Positions 13,392-22,814 of a stretch of 39,420 bases of DNA are shown here, piece after piece. The notes below the pieces were generated by a model that saw nothing but the letters and a program-made list of their open reading frames with translations, searched no databases and was not told where the DNA came from. Position 1 is the stretch's first letter. Each line of letters starts with the position of its first letter. Position numbers and translations under genes: made by a program. The stretch comes from a virus: IMG/VR virus record IMGVR_UViG_3300025594_000002; one strand, 5' to 3'.

Positions 13392-13834
13392 GCTCTGCCT
13401 TTCTTCTGTAAATGTGCTTGATTGTTCCATATATTGACCACCCCAGAAAAATTATACCGGCTAAGTTTATTATTAAATCCATTATCTACCCTTAAGCACC
13501 CGATTAATATTAGACTTAAGGCTAATATTATTTGAATCTCGTTGTAGCTATTACTCAAAAAAGTATCACTGTATCTGTAAAGTTGATAATCAATTGATAC
13601 AAAAAGGTGAAAGGTAGAGTAAACAACCATGGCTGTCGATAATTGGATTATAGCAAAATAGCAAAAGGGTATAAATATTAACCCATAAATAACATGATTA
13701 ATTACCGCGCTATGGTAATCGAATAAGGTTAATTGATAGGCAACGCAAAAAGAATACGCCAAGAAAGTAGGGCGTATTTTTTCATTTACTAGGGACGCTA
13801 CCGCAAAAGCAAGCAGTAGCAATAAGTCCGTCAC
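13388..13834 (-). CDS. Polytopic membrane protein (about 4 TM).
   Basis: 148-aa ORF with a GTG start, very hydrophobic. Confidence 0.55.
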   Translation of the reverse strand: MTDLLLLLAFAVASLVNEKIRPTFLAYSFCVAYQLTLFDYHSAVINHVIYGLIFIPFCYFAIIQLSTAMVVYSTFHLFVSIDYQLYRYSDTFLSNSYNEIQIILALSLILIGCLRVDNGFNNKLSRYNFSGVVNIWNNQAHLQKKGRA

Positions 13835-13929
13835 TTGGCTTTTGTTTTCTTCTTTGGCTTCACAACTTTCTGTGCAACCTTGTTTGTGGTTTCTTCGTCT
13901 TTCTCTTTGCCTTTGGTTTTATTTCCCAT
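13831..13929 (-). CDS. Lys-rich 32-aa peptide (tentative).
   Basis: Hand-translated as MGNKTKGKEKDEETTNKVAQKVVKPKKKTKAK. Its TGA overlaps the downstream GTG start. Confidence 0.3.
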   Translation of the reverse strand: MGNKTKGKEKDEETTNKVAQKVVKPKKKTKAK

Positions 13930-13959
13930 CTTTAAACTCTCTTTAGTTGATTAATCTTA

Positions 13960-13968
13960 ATTATATCA
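13960..13968 (-). promoter_or_regulatory. Extended -10 element (TGATATAAT) upstream of the lysis cassette.
   Basis: The minus strand reads tgatataat. There is no good -35. Confidence 0.3.
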
Positions 13969-14005
13969 CAGCTTATGAGACTGCGTTTATTGAGCATGAT
14001 GCAAG

Positions 14006-14743
14006 TTAATTGATTGTGTATTTAAGGTTTAACACCTCTACCGAGTATTCGATCTCATAGTCTTCTGGCTTGTTAAAGTCTTTTGCCCAATACATTCCAA
14101 AATAATTAATATGGCGCTCTGTATAACTCATTGTTTGGTATTCTGCATCGCTCACCCTAACGCCATTAACTTTAAGTGATGCCCAGCCTCGATCATGTAT
14201 ATCAAAGCTGATGTCGTAATACTGCCCCGCCGTTATTTTATATTCACCGCGCATAACTTCAAGTCCGTGCGTATGGTTATAGTCGTCAGGGTCATCAGGG
14301 TCAAAGTTCCACGGCTTAAACTGCCAAGAGTTTTCCCAATGCTGTAAATACAATTGATCAGCAAAGCGCCTTATTTTTATAGTGGTTAGCGGGTGATTTC
14401 CATTTGTATCAAGTGGGTCAAGCTTCGCCCAATCCTGAAATATAATAAGCCATTCTGGAGCGCTTTCACTTTGATGAATCTTGAATGTAAAAGAATAATT
14501 TCTTTTGTTTTGCAGGTTGAATGAGCCTTTTTCAATTTCTATACCCACCTTTCTGCACCCGCTATTATTCAGGTTAAGGCATCCTGAATTACCATGAGCT
14601 GTCAACTTCCAGCTATCCGGTGCTAAGTCTTCAATATAGCCGTTAAAGTAGGTGCTTACGCGCTGAGTGCTAGAGCCTTTGTAAATGTAATCAAGGGCGC
14701 TAACACTGAATGACATTACCATCAATAATAAAAACTTAATCAC
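14006..14743 (-). CDS. Secreted protein with a Sec signal peptide. Possibly a concanavalin-like or polysaccharide-lyase fold.
   Basis: 245 aa. MIKFLLLMVMSFSVSA|LD signal. The beta-rich body (WLIIFQDWAKLDP...HPLTTIKIRR) resembles heparinase-I-type lyases. Confidence 0.45.
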   Translation of the reverse strand: MIKFLLLMVMSFSVSALDYIYKGSSTQRVSTYFNGYIEDLAPDSWKLTAHGNSGCLNLNNSGCRKVGIEIEKGSFNLQNKRNYSFTFKIHQSESAPEWLIIFQDWAKLDPLDTNGNHPLTTIKIRRFADQLYLQHWENSWQFKPWNFDPDDPDDYNHTHGLEVMRGEYKITAGQYYDISFDIHDRGWASLKVNGVRVSDAEYQTMSYTERHINYFGMYWAKDFNKPEDYEIEYSVEVLNLKYTIN

Positions 14744-15168
14744 TATAGTGCCTCCATAACCTGATATGCGTAATCTATGTCTTCTGTGGTTGTGCCAGTG
14801 TCTTTTGTTAGTGTGAAAGACAAGCAGTTTATTTCTTTAAGCAATCTGGCAGAGTTCAGAACTGATGTACTGCCATCTGCAACACCAAAAACAGTTGCGC
14901 TCGCTGGTGCAGATGGGGTGGCATCAGTTAGTGACTCTCCGCTAAACAAGTCAACCCCATCGACCGTCAGCGTCATACCCGCTTCAGTTGTTGCCGTTCC
15001 AGTCGTCAAGTAAGTAAGCTTCAAATACTGATTAGCCCCAGCAGTTGCAGTTAATATATCACCGCTTGCCCCCAATGCTATTTGGTTGCTATTAAATGCG
15101 ACTGGCTTAAGTATGCCTCCAGCCGTTTGAACCACTATCTCGCCACATGGGCCGTATGTTTGAGCCAT
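14743..15168 (-). CDS. Hypothetical structural protein (fibre-associated).
   Basis: 141-aa ORF in the fibre gene chain. Confidence 0.6.
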   Translation of the reverse strand: MAQTYGPCGEIVVQTAGGILKPVAFNSNQIALGASGDILTATAGANQYLKLTYLTTGTATTEAGMTLTVDGVDLFSGESLTDATPSAPASATVFGVADGSTSVLNSARLLKEINCLSFTLTKDTGTTTEDIDYAYQVMEAL

Positions 15169-15178
15169 TATTTACCCC

Positions 15179-15934
15179 TTAACTTAAATATGTTATTTCG
15201 TCAGCGCTTAACACAAAATCATAAAACCTAAGACCTTGCATGTTAACTGTGAAGTCCCCGGACGTTGTTACGCTTCCAGTTAAATCCATGTCCGCTGTAA
15301 TTCCTGTCGCTATAGTATCTGTAGCAGCAAGTATGCCGCCTATGTATAAATTAATTAAGCCTTCAGAATACGTCAAAACAAGAGATTGAAGCGCTGATGA
15401 TGTGGCGCTTGTTGATGATGTCGCCTTGTATTGCAGTAAATCACTACCAAGCAAAACCGCCTCCCAATTGCCACTTGAGTTAGTCCCTACGCTAAGCAGA
15501 TCTCCAGATAAGCCAGGCACTATAAATACGTTTTGACTTGACGCCGCTTCCGCATAGGAACCGATACTCAAAACAACAGAAAACCCATCGCTTAAAAGAG
15601 GTACATTATCAGCAACCTGAATATTATAGTAGGTGTCATCAACGGTTATTAACCATCCTTCGGCTTCTTCCCTTGGCGCGTCCACTAATGCAGTTTGAGC
15701 ATTCCCGTATATATCGATATATGCAGCAGTTGTTGGGCGCTCAATTGTTAGCGTGTTTTTTAGGACGCTAACTAGATTATTTTTACGGTATAGCCAGCTT
15801 AACGGGTTGTCTATTAACGCCTTTCTTACGCTGTTGAATCCAGCCCCGTCTGCCCCGTTAGTCCCCGGGGAACCATCTGGGCCTGAAGGGCTTATTACCA
15901 CCTGTGTAGGTGTATCTGTTGCTGTAACTGGCAT
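15179..15934 (-). CDS. Tail fibre protein with a short collagen-like motif and a LamG-like C-terminus.
   Basis: GPDGSPGTNGADGAG (Gly-X-Y x5) near the N-terminus. C-terminal ...LRFYDFVLSADEITYLS is typical of LamG/ConA-like domains. Confidence 0.6.
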   Translation of the reverse strand: MPVTATDTPTQVVISPSGPDGSPGTNGADGAGFNSVRKALIDNPLSWLYRKNNLVSVLKNTLTIERPTTAAYIDIYGNAQTALVDAPREEAEGWLITVDDTYYNIQVADNVPLLSDGFSVVLSIGSYAEAASSQNVFIVPGLSGDLLSVGTNSSGNWEAVLLGSDLLQYKATSSTSATSSALQSLVLTYSEGLINLYIGGILAATDTIATGITADMDLTGSVTTSGDFTVNMQGLRFYDFVLSADEITYLS

Positions 15935-17580
15935 TATTTAGCCCCCATTAAATACTGAATATTTGGCTCAGAAAGAGCTAAGTTGTAAAACATACACCTT
16001 GAAAGGTAGCCGTCTAAGTAATTATTAGCACCATTATAACCTAAGTAAGCATTAGCGCCTATCGTGGTGGTGCTTCCCATCGCCTGAGTACTTGCCAGTC
16101 TTTGCTGGTTGTATATTTTTAGTTCCGCCCCATCATAAACAAGGGCAACGCCAGTAAAATCAAATGTTTGATATGTAGCTGTATTGGCCCCATTGGTCAA
16201 CGTCATTATTTTATTTGTGTAGGTTAACGAAAACTCATCTGTAGAAGATAATCCATTGCTAAACACTGTTTTTGTGTCGGCATCGTCCGGTATGCCAACA
16301 ACCGAGAATAAAAAAGTCCACGGCAGATTTGGCGCTGGAAAATTAGTTGCGTAATCCATGCTTACATTGTCAGCGGATCTAGTTTTTACAGCTGTTGGCG
16401 ACTCGATATAACTAGATATATCTCCGGTTTCAACTTGGACATTTGATATGTATAGCTGAGCTGTCAAGCCTTCACTTGTTGCTTTCAAAGTTAAAGTGTC
16501 GCCTGCCCCAGCCTTAACCACAACAGAAAGCCTTGCAAATCCCGATACTGATGGCTGACTCATTGCAACTTCAACTCCGTCACCTAACGACGCTGTAAGG
16601 CTGTTAAGAGATCCTGCCGCTATCCATGCATAGATAGACACAGTGTAATCAACTCCGGCAGTTAAGGTTCCTGTATCTGATTTTAATGTGATGGTTGGCA
16701 ATGAAACAAAGTTAACTCTGATGTTTTCGTACAGCAAACCAAACGGACTCAGCCCTTCGTAAGCTGATATAGTTCCATCCGTTACCGTCCAGTTTTTTAA
16801 ATCGTTACTGTGCAGGCATAGATTTTGCTTTTCTTCTTCTATTAAGAACCCGTTTTGATTTTCTCGCATTACCAGAACTTCATAATTAGCTGATTTAGCC
16901 AATCCGCTTGTTCTTATGTAGTCAGTTAATTCTGTATCCTGAACCTGGATGCCAAACAGCCCAACCCTTGTCCCTGAATCGCCTCTAGGGTTTATAGATA
17001 TTAACGCTCCACCGCTAGCGTTTGGCGCTTTGATTACTCTCCTTTCCCAGTCGCTGGTGATGCTCCCTATCTCATATCTGGAGGTTCCAACAGCGACATC
17101 TAAACTTTCAACCGTGCCAGAGATAGACTTAATCCAAAAAGACAAAATTATGTAAGAGTCAGCAGCCCAGCCGCTTTGGTTTTGGGCTATAACGGGGTTT
17201 AGTATTGATGGGCTTCTGGTGTCAACATTCAAGTTTAACTCGCTGGCATTACTGCCGCCCAAAGGATCGGATATTGCGCCTACAACTGAAAACCTACCTA
17301 AGCCAAAAGCATCCCACTGAGTATAGTTCTCTGAGTAAGTTACGTAATTTGTTGTTAATGGCGTATCTGTCCATTTAAGGCGGGAGTACCGATCAGTGTA
17401 AGACCCCTTGCCGGTGCGCGAAAATGTTATAAAGGCATTCTTTGAAAGCTTGTTTTGATGAAGCGCGTCAAGTATAGGACTGTCAACTGCTAGATCATCA
17501 ACATCTGCTATGCCGCTGCCGTTAATTCCATTCTGTCCGCTCTCGCCTTTATCGCCTGAGAACAAGGTAAATATACTCAT
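15934..17580 (-). CDS. Tail fibre protein with a collagen-like motif and a LamG-like C-terminus.
   Basis: 548 aa. GDKGESGQNGINGSG near the N-terminus. C-terminal YLDGYLSRCMFYNLALSEPNIQYL. Confidence 0.6.
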   Translation of the reverse strand: MSIFTLFSGDKGESGQNGINGSGIADVDDLAVDSPILDALHQNKLSKNAFITFSRTGKGSYTDRYSRLKWTDTPLTTNYVTYSENYTQWDAFGLGRFSVVGAISDPLGGSNASELNLNVDTRSPSILNPVIAQNQSGWAADSYIILSFWIKSISGTVESLDVAVGTSRYEIGSITSDWERRVIKAPNASGGALISINPRGDSGTRVGLFGIQVQDTELTDYIRTSGLAKSANYEVLVMRENQNGFLIEEEKQNLCLHSNDLKNWTVTDGTISAYEGLSPFGLLYENIRVNFVSLPTITLKSDTGTLTAGVDYTVSIYAWIAAGSLNSLTASLGDGVEVAMSQPSVSGFARLSVVVKAGAGDTLTLKATSEGLTAQLYISNVQVETGDISSYIESPTAVKTRSADNVSMDYATNFPAPNLPWTFLFSVVGIPDDADTKTVFSNGLSSTDEFSLTYTNKIMTLTNGANTATYQTFDFTGVALVYDGAELKIYNQQRLASTQAMGSTTTIGANAYLGYNGANNYLDGYLSRCMFYNLALSEPNIQYLMGAK

Positions 17581-17942
17581 CGTATGCCGCTCTGCTCAAT
17601 TGTGACATTCATGCCAGCAACCGATCTTGTGGTGCCGTCAGAAAATGTAAGCCTTATTTTTGAAACATAACCCTTGAGCGCTGGCGAGCCTTCAACTATA
17701 GGTAATAGAGATTGGCTTTCGGTTTTAGTTAGAGAAAAAACCCCGCTACCCGTCAATGGCTCAGTTATGCCGCCCGTCATGCTTATTACTTTAACCAACT
17801 CAGTTATTCCTTCAAGCAATTGCATTTCAGCAGTTGCGCCGGTCAAGTCAATACCAACCCCGTCGTCATCTGAATATTGCCAATTTATTGTTATTGTGTC
17901 GCCAGCTGTATAACAGGCATTTGCAAACTCTACACAAGCCAT
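17577..17942 (-). CDS. Hypothetical structural protein (beta-rich, Ig-like).
   Basis: 121-aa ORF overlapping its neighbour by 4 nt. Confidence 0.55.
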   Translation of the reverse strand: MACVEFANACYTAGDTITINWQYSDDDGVGIDLTGATAEMQLLEGITELVKVISMTGGITEPLTGSGVFSLTKTESQSLLPIVEGSPALKGYVSKIRLTFSDGTTRSVAGMNVTIEQSGIR

Positions 17943-17963
17943 TAGTAAACCCCTTTTTGTTTA

Positions 17964-20297
17964 TTATACATGATCGCCATTTCCGTTTATATATCTCAAT
18001 GTTGTATCGCCGTAAAACGTAACAGTAGCCCCGCTATCAACAACACCGCTACCAGCAGCGCCACCAAATGCGTTATTATTAGCGCCGTCAATGCCAAATG
18101 GCCCAACCTCACTAGCAGCAGCCCCAGCGTCACCATTATCAGTGAAAGCGCCAGCCTGAACAACACCACCAGACCCGCCAAGCCCAGCAGACCTACCAGA
18201 GCCACCAGCACCGCCATTGCCAGCCGTCGAGCTGTTTAGCGGCGTTGTTAACGTAGCACTAAACCCACCAGCACCGCCACTAGGCGCGCGCAAATAACCA
18301 TCAGCAGTTGGGTGGTTTACATTTCCAGTTGGGCCGCTAAAATAAATGTTAGTTGTCACCCCTTCAGCGTCATAAACTACCCCTCCGTCAGCGCCGTTTG
18401 TTGGCTCTGTTCTTATCCAGTCTGGCACCTCGAACTCATAGAAACCACCGCCACCAGTGCCACCTTTACCACCTGCAGCCTGTAGGTCTGCGCCATTTAT
18501 CAAAATAATATTGATAACGCTACCCGCAGCAAAAGCGCCAGCTCGTATGGCTGGAAGTGAGTTGCCAGTAGTTCCTGTGGTGGTGCCATCAAAAATAAAT
18601 GTAACCTCCACAACGCCGGGAGGCGCGCCAGCATATTCGTTGTATAGATTTATGTAGTTGAGTATATTCCCTGATATCACAAATTCTGAGCCTGTCTCAA
18701 AGTTTGGCAAATATGCGAGCGCTGATATTTTGTACTCTCTACCGTCACCTGTATAACTTGGCCTTATTGATGTAACTTGCGCTCTTGAAGTTGCCACCGG
18801 AAGGCCAGTAAAATCAACTGTTGAAAGGTCTTGTATATCAACAACGTCGCCAACATCAAAACTCAGCTTCCTTTCTTGGGTCGTCCAAGTGAAGCTGAAA
18901 GGGTTAGAGTATCTATTAACCCACCTATTAACTAAAAGGTTGGCACTGTCAGTATCCAGCACTACAGAAGGGTCAAACTTTTTTGTTTTAGCTTCACCAA
19001 ACTGATCCGCAGTTTCAAGTTCGGTTTGTGCAAATAGCGAGGCTTTTTTATAGCTTTCAATGTCATCATCATCAGTGAGTTTTCGTTTGTCGTAGAAAAC
19101 CAAAGCCCTTGTTGCTCTTAATGCCTCCTCACTTTTTCTACTTATACTTTCAAAGTCTATCTGATTGCCTTCTATCAAAGATGCCGTTGACTCTTGCCAT
19201 GTGCTAATTGCGGATATCTTGATTAACCTAGAGACCGGATCAAACCACATATCTATCATAAAGTAAGATAGTATTTTTTCCATCACGTCGGCAGTGTCTT
19301 CTGACTCAATCCATATCGTGTTTATTTTTGAGTTTGGATGCCACGTTGCAACCTCTGCCGCCCATTCTGATAATGGTATATATGAAGCGTCAACACCTAT
19401 GTCTATAAGTATCCTAGACAGCAGGCTGTCAATTACCTCATCGTCAGAAACTTCGCATACAAATATTTCATCCCCTAGAGAATGCTCATCCTTATCTGTA
19501 AAGGAAAGCGTGTTGGTATAATTAATCGGAGTTCCGCGTGACTGCACAGTTATATTTGCGGTTCCTGTGCCTATGTCGCTTACTGATGTTATTTTCATCA
19601 GCTCATCGCCTATACGTATTGCTTGAGCTGCTTGATAATCAACATTAGGATCAACATTGAATGTTGTTTGCGAGTCGGTTATGTCATTTATTAAAAACCC
19701 CTCAAGAGGAAGCGGCCAAACAGTCTCGCCTATATTAACCCTCGCAAGTTCATCCTTAAACTTTATTGTCCATTCACCATTTTTACCGGCATCAAATGAA
19801 TCTATTATAAAGTGCCTAACTTGCGCTCCATTTAATAAATCAATAGTTCCATCAATTTCTGTACGGTAATTTTTAATCCTTAGCGCTCTATTTGTGAAGT
19901 TATTTCTAGCCGCCATTTTTGCCAAGTAACCGCCTTGAGATTTGATCTCATCAGTTACACCTGGCGCGTTTGGGTTTGGATCTTTACCTGTCATATCAAA
20001 CAGCTTTATTGAGCCAGTGCCTCTACTAGATAAGCCTCTACCGCTATTTAGCTTGGCTGGGTTTTCAGATATTGATTTTACTAGCCTTAGTATTCCGTTT
20101 TCTGGAAGCATTGGTGCACTGGCTTGTGTGAATTTGTAGGTTGTTATCCCATCGCTAGATTGATCGCAACTAAGAGGCGTGCCGAACCCTGGCAACCCGC
20201 CTATTGTGCATTCACCTCCAACACTTGGCAAATCAATCTCAATTATTGTGAAATGCGTTTGATTGAATAACCCCTTCGATTGCTCAAATGTACTCAT
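17964..20297 (-). CDS. Tail tip / host-specificity protein with a glycine-rich C-terminal domain.
   Basis: 777 aa, the largest tail gene, two genes after the TMP. The C-terminal ~200 aa are rich in GGxGG tracts. Confidence 0.65.
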   Translation of the reverse strand: MSTFEQSKGLFNQTHFTIIEIDLPSVGGECTIGGLPGFGTPLSCDQSSDGITTYKFTQASAPMLPENGILRLVKSISENPAKLNSGRGLSSRGTGSIKLFDMTGKDPNPNAPGVTDEIKSQGGYLAKMAARNNFTNRALRIKNYRTEIDGTIDLLNGAQVRHFIIDSFDAGKNGEWTIKFKDELARVNIGETVWPLPLEGFLINDITDSQTTFNVDPNVDYQAAQAIRIGDELMKITSVSDIGTGTANITVQSRGTPINYTNTLSFTDKDEHSLGDEIFVCEVSDDEVIDSLLSRILIDIGVDASYIPLSEWAAEVATWHPNSKINTIWIESEDTADVMEKILSYFMIDMWFDPVSRLIKISAISTWQESTASLIEGNQIDFESISRKSEEALRATRALVFYDKRKLTDDDDIESYKKASLFAQTELETADQFGEAKTKKFDPSVVLDTDSANLLVNRWVNRYSNPFSFTWTTQERKLSFDVGDVVDIQDLSTVDFTGLPVATSRAQVTSIRPSYTGDGREYKISALAYLPNFETGSEFVISGNILNYINLYNEYAGAPPGVVEVTFIFDGTTTGTTGNSLPAIRAGAFAAGSVINIILINGADLQAAGGKGGTGGGGFYEFEVPDWIRTEPTNGADGGVVYDAEGVTTNIYFSGPTGNVNHPTADGYLRAPSGGAGGFSATLTTPLNSSTAGNGGAGGSGRSAGLGGSGGVVQAGAFTDNGDAGAAASEVGPFGIDGANNNAFGGAAGSGVVDSGATVTFYGDTTLRYINGNGDHV

Positions 20298-21055
20298 AAG
20301 CCTGTAAACACCTTAAAGCTAATAGACACGTTGTTAAGCAACCTAGTTTGCGCACCTGCGCTTGTGCTTGTGTTAGTTGCATCAAAGCAAAGGTATGCAC
20401 TTTGATTTTGCGTAACCTCACCAGTTAAGTCCTGCTCAACTATAAAGAAATAATTGTTTACGCTAAAATCTAAGAAATCCTGCCATTCAGATTCAGTAAA
20501 TAATTTTGTCATATTTGGCAGGGTAAGCGTTCCTGATGGCGCTATTTTTTTTGTCAGAACCGCAGTCGGGGCGGCTAAGTTGCTAAGCGTACTTTTTGTT
20601 TTAATGTTGCGGTTTAAAAACTGCCTATTATAGCCTGCATTCTCGCCACCATTTGGAACCTGCATATATTCACCAGCAGCGATAAACCTAACAGATGGAA
20701 GTTTATCACCAGCAGCATTGTATAATTTAACTCTTAGATTTGAAAAAGACTTAGCATCAAAAGTGATCATTACACAATTATCTCTGACTATGTAGTTAGC
20801 TGATACGGCAGTTGAGCCATCCGCAACCCTAACATAACTTAACCCATCACCTAGCCCACTTATATTAATACCTGCAACTGCAACATAACTTATATTGCTG
20901 CGAGCGCCAAATTCAAAGCGCAAAGTATTGTTATCAGTGCCAGTGTAAGAAGTTGAGAAATCGGGATCAGTAACATTAGCCGCGCTGTCCAGCGAGCCGC
21001 CAGTGGTTACCGATGGCGTAGACCCTAAAAGAACATTGGTTTTACTAATTCTCAT
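20294..21055 (-). CDS. Minor tail protein (distal-tail position).
   Basis: 253-aa ORF directly after the TMP, with 4-nt overlaps on both sides. Confidence 0.55.
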   Translation of the reverse strand: MRISKTNVLLGSTPSVTTGGSLDSAANVTDPDFSTSYTGTDNNTLRFEFGARSNISYVAVAGINISGLGDGLSYVRVADGSTAVSANYIVRDNCVMITFDAKSFSNLRVKLYNAAGDKLPSVRFIAAGEYMQVPNGGENAGYNRQFLNRNIKTKSTLSNLAAPTAVLTKKIAPSGTLTLPNMTKLFTESEWQDFLDFSVNNYFFIVEQDLTGEVTQNQSAYLCFDATNTSTSAGAQTRLLNNVSISFKVFTGL

Positions 21056-22596
21056 CCTCTGCCGTTCCTCATACTGTCATTCATAACGCCCATTAATGCA
21101 TCAATCAACTGGTCACCGGTTTCTGTATCGAATCTTATCACGTTTGCTGTGTTGCTTTCTTCACTTCTAAAATCCAAGCCGATTTCGGATTGTTCTGGGC
21201 TAAATGATTCTTGAGCGGTTTCGGCTGCTGCTGCTGAAGGTGCGGATATTGAGCCGCCGCCCTTACCAGAGCTTTGCAGTGATGCCAGTTGAGCCAATCC
21301 AGTTGCCGCTGTAAGAGCTACGAACGGTATTGCGGCAGGCATTCCCAATTTAGAGATGGTTTTCATTATTCCAGCCGCAGTATCAGCAACTATAAGCCCA
21401 GCATTTATGGCCTTGTTATCATCAAGAAATGCTTCGTTTATTTTACCAATTGCTGAGAATGAAGCTTGCGCGCCGCTAATCTTCTCTCTGTATTTCTTTT
21501 TATCCGCATCTGTCTCAGTTCTTGCCCCGACAACCGTTAAGCCCTCAACCTTTTTCAGCTGCTCATCTACTACCCCGGTGATTTTCTTCATCTTTTTGTC
21601 GATTTCTTCTGGGTCTAGACCTAGCGCCTTTAATATGGGGCTGTCATCACCGAATAAATCAACCATCTTCGACGCGACATCAAGGCCAACCTTCTCTAGG
21701 GTGCTTGGTAATGTATTTGCATCATTCACCAAATCAAATATCGCAGAGCCTAGAATATCACCGACACCAGTAAATTGCTTGCCAAGCAGGATAAACACCT
21801 TTGAGCTAACGTTAACTAGGTTGGCAATTAGCGCGGTTGCTGTGATTATTTCTTGGCTAAATTCAGCTGATATTTTAGCGCCAGCGTTAGTGGCTTCAGC
21901 CCCGAGAACGTTAAATGCCTCACCGACATTTGTTAGCTTTTGAAGGTCAAGTTCCGTTAAGGTTTGCTCTATATTGAAAAACTCGTCTGACAATTCGCGC
22001 ATAGCAGCGCCGCCATTAGTTAATAGAGGTAAAAGGTCTGTCGTATCACTGGCTAACCCTTCCAAAGCAAAAGACATTTGCTGTCCAGTTATGCCGCCAC
22101 GCTCCATCTCATCAACCAATGTTTGAAGTATGCTGCTTGATGATAAGCCCTCTAAGCTTTGGGCCATCTTGGTTGCCTGCTCTGCACTGAGTCCCATTAC
22201 ATCTGCAAAATCCTGAAACCCACCACCGCCCGTGGCTAAAAACTCACCTATCTTTTCCTGAGTGTCCTTTCCTATATCGCCTAGTTTCTCTAGGGATATC
22301 CCAACCGAATTGGCTGCAAAAACTTGAGCTTGCATGTTTTCCACGGTTTCATTGCTTCTCTGTGAGGCAACAAGAAGCTCTTTCGCATATATAGCAGACT
22401 GTCTAGCAACCGCCCCAAATGCTACAGCTAAAGCACCAGCAGCCGCGACGCCTGCCTTTCCCATACTTACTAATGAGCTATCAGTTTTTTTAACTTGGCC
22501 CTCAACTCCATCTAAGCTTCTCTCAACCTTAGACAGTTTTGCATCAAGCTTGGCTGTCTTTGCATCAAGCTCAATTATTAACTGCTCAGTAGACAT
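21052..22596 (-). CDS. Tape measure protein.
   Basis: 514 aa, helical and Ala/Gly-rich with hydrophobic stretches. Lies directly downstream of the frameshifted chaperone pair. Confidence 0.8.
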   Translation of the reverse strand: MSTEQLIIELDAKTAKLDAKLSKVERSLDGVEGQVKKTDSSLVSMGKAGVAAAGALAVAFGAVARQSAIYAKELLVASQRSNETVENMQAQVFAANSVGISLEKLGDIGKDTQEKIGEFLATGGGGFQDFADVMGLSAEQATKMAQSLEGLSSSSILQTLVDEMERGGITGQQMSFALEGLASDTTDLLPLLTNGGAAMRELSDEFFNIEQTLTELDLQKLTNVGEAFNVLGAEATNAGAKISAEFSQEIITATALIANLVNVSSKVFILLGKQFTGVGDILGSAIFDLVNDANTLPSTLEKVGLDVASKMVDLFGDDSPILKALGLDPEEIDKKMKKITGVVDEQLKKVEGLTVVGARTETDADKKKYREKISGAQASFSAIGKINEAFLDDNKAINAGLIVADTAAGIMKTISKLGMPAAIPFVALTAATGLAQLASLQSSGKGGGSISAPSAAAAETAQESFSPEQSEIGLDFRSEESNTANVIRFDTETGDQLIDALMGVMNDSMRNGRG

Positions 22597-22814
22597 TCAG
22601 GCGCTCCGTTTTGCTTTCTTTGGTGGTACAGTGCTAATGATATATCTGCACTTTTAGGCTCTATTTCTAATATGTGAGCGGTTTCTATAAAATCCATAGC
22701 CCAAGCCTCAGATGGTGAAACTCCCGACTTTACCAATGATTTCCACCAGCTAAAATGATCGAAGTCATAAATGTCAGAACTAGATTTTAGCCTTGCCCTT
22801 CCTCTGAGGGGCAT
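22578..22814 (-). CDS. Tail assembly chaperone, -1 frame extension (GT-type product made by frameshifting from 22787..23212).
   Basis: The -1 frame is open from the slip site through this ORF. Confidence 0.7.
   Translation of the reverse strand: MPLRGRARLKSSSDIYDFDHFSWWKSLVKSGVSPSEAWAMDFIETAHILEIEPKSADISLALYHQRKQNGAPECLLSS

Noticed and set aside
17970-18239. ORFs of 89 aa (+) and 73 aa (-, 17996..18217) inside the 3' end of the 777-aa tail gene.
   Set aside because: They are alternative-frame artefacts of the GGxGG-encoding low-complexity DNA, with no start context.
14743-20297. Diversity-generating retroelement acting on the fibre genes or on the xAT-variable Ala-rich arrays.
   Set aside because: No reverse transcriptase ORF anywhere in the genome, and no template/variable repeat pair differing at adenines.
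21356-21943. 195-aa plus-strand ORF, the longest non-annotated ORF in the window.
   Set aside because: It lies entirely antisense to the tape measure gene. Its composition (S/A/F/P-rich, no RBS, no partner genes) is what the reverse complement of an Ala/Gly/Glu/Lys-rich gene gives. It breaks no gene chain.
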